From the IMG/VR virus record IMGVR_UViG_3300021171_000008, positions 1 to 64,000 of that record: a stretch of 64,000 nt of DNA. One strand, written 5' to 3'. A program made the position numbers and the translations under genes. The DNA comes from a virus. Shown here in pieces: positions 62,763 to 64,000 of the stretch (position 1 is its first letter; every line of letters starts with the position of its first letter). Below the pieces are notes generated by a model. It was not told the DNA's origin and did no database searches. It saw only the letters and a program-made list of their open reading frames with translations.

Positions 62763-62866
62763 TCGGTGCATTTGCACCAACTGCAAGATAAGGGCCCTTT
62801 CGCGCAATTGCAATCGGCGCTAGGAATTGCCGCGTTGAAAGGCTGGACCCCAAAGAGGGTTCCGCC

Positions 62867-63757
62867 ATGGGCGAACACAGTCAAAAGAGCTTCACGGCCG
62901 ACAAACTCCGAAAGTTTGAGGTCTCGGGCAAAAACGGCGGCTCCGGAAACGGAGACAAGGGCGCTTCGGCAGACGATTTCGGGCGGAAAGCCGCCCGCAC
63001 GAGCGATTCTTCCGCGTTCGCCGCTGGCGGCGCCGCGAAGGCGCCCTCGCTTGGTCGCGCCGGCCGCGCGAAAGGCGGACGCATCAATCGCCCTGCGGTG
63101 GCTTCGGCTGACTTTAAGCCGTCGAAGACCGGCGGCAATTATCCCGGCAAGATTCCAGACAACGAGGGCGGCAAGGCCCGCAATCTTTCTATGCTCACCG
63201 ATGGCGGTCCGCGATCCTATGGCGATCGGCCGTTGATCATTGGCCATGGCGACCAAAACGCCATGCGCGCTAGAGGCGGCAAGGTTTCGCGCGCCAGGGG
63301 CGGCCGAACCGAAATTAGTGATCTGAGGGACGACAAGACTTCGCTCGCCAGAGGCGGGCGGGTCGGCCGCGCGCACGGCGGCAAGGCCAAGGGCGCGAAG
63401 GGCAAAACCGTCGTCAATGTCATCGTGGGCGGCAAAGGCGATCAGCAGCAGCCGCCTCCGACGCCTCCGATCATGCCGCACCCGATGGTGCCTCCTCCAC
63501 CTCCTCCGCCGCCGCCGCAGGGGATGCCTCCTGGTGGGATGCCGCCGGGGATGCCTCCTGGCGCTGGTATGCCGCCTCCGCCGCCGCCGAGACCGCCTAT
63601 GCCGCCTCCGGGTGGCATGCCGCCGGGAATGCCTCCTCCGGGCATGGGCCGCGCGCACGGCGGGCGGATCTCCGAGAAGTTCGGCGCGGGCTCCGGCCGA
63701 GGCCGGATGGAGAAGACCAAGCGCCAGGGCCACGGGAAGGTGAAGCTAGCCGAATGA
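62867..63757 (+). CDS. Basic Gly/Pro-rich virion protein with repeated RAxGG motifs
   Basis: RAKGG, RARGG, RAHGG repeats; 62900-62935 matches the decoded adjacent array. Confidence 0.65.
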   Translation: MGEHSQKSFTADKLRKFEVSGKNGGSGNGDKGASADDFGRKAARTSDSSAFAAGGAAKAPSLGRAGRAKGGRINRPAVASADFKPSKTGGNYPGKIPDNEGGKARNLSMLTDGGPRSYGDRPLIIGHGDQNAMRARGGKVSRARGGRTEISDLRDDKTSLARGGRVGRAHGGKAKGAKGKTVVNVIVGGKGDQQQPPPTPPIMPHPMVPPPPPPPPPQGMPPGGMPPGMPPGAGMPPPPPPRPPMPPPGGMPPGMPPPGMGRAHGGRISEKFGAGSGRGRMEKTKRQGHGKVKLAE

Positions 63758-63993
63758 GCCATGTCGTGAACGTGAACAGCGAGAGCGATGAGCGCGTCGT
63801 CAACAACGACGTGCGCCACCAGTACCGCGTGCTCTCCGATCCGGAGAAGGCGGCGATGGTGCGCCTCAAGGATCTCGGGCTGGAGTTCCTCAAGGCGATC
63901 GATGATTGCGTGCCGGTGGGGCGCGAGCGCTCGCTCGCCCGCACCAAGGTTGATGAGGCCGTCATGTGGGCGGTTCGCGGACTGACGCAATGA
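63754..63993 (+). CDS. Acb2/Tad1-like anti-defence sponge protein
   Basis: QYRVLSDPEKAAMVRLKDLG..F..GRERSLARTKVDEAVMWAVRG. Confidence 0.65.
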   Translation: MSHVVNVNSESDERVVNNDVRHQYRVLSDPEKAAMVRLKDLGLEFLKAIDDCVPVGRERSLARTKVDEAVMWAVRGLTQ

Positions 63994-64000
63994 GCGAGCT

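Overview
High-GC tailed phage genome segment with podovirus-like gene order. The host is probably Alphaproteobacteria/Hyphomicrobiales, judging from CTTGAC-N17-CTATAT-type promoters, a GapR-like gene and a PEPxxWA-CTERM gene. The window starts inside the tail module (tail fibres, tail tube A/B, ejection proteins). It then runs through lysis genes, RecT/YqaJ recombination, a Cro-like switch, primase/helicase, a leftward early operon (SNF2 helicase, ArdC, two hammerhead ribozymes), terminase, tRNA-Phe, a serine recombinase, portal and an Acb2/Tad1-like gene. No major capsid gene is visible, so the genome continues outside the window. Main finding: a Cas7/RAMP-like gene (51296-52111) and a partner gene are followed by an array of GGY-NN pentamers, and two more stand-alone GGY-NN arrays lie elsewhere. 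Read as a gapped code (NN-x-NN-x), the NN dinucleotides of four guide units spell codon positions 1-2 of stretches of this phage's own genes (TerL, recombinase, two virion genes). The phage's own copy differs at Ser/Arg codon-family swaps or conservative substitutions. This points to an RNA-guided, non-contiguous DNA-targeting system aimed at related phages, with built-in self-avoidance. All protein calls come from visual motif recognition; no database searches were run.
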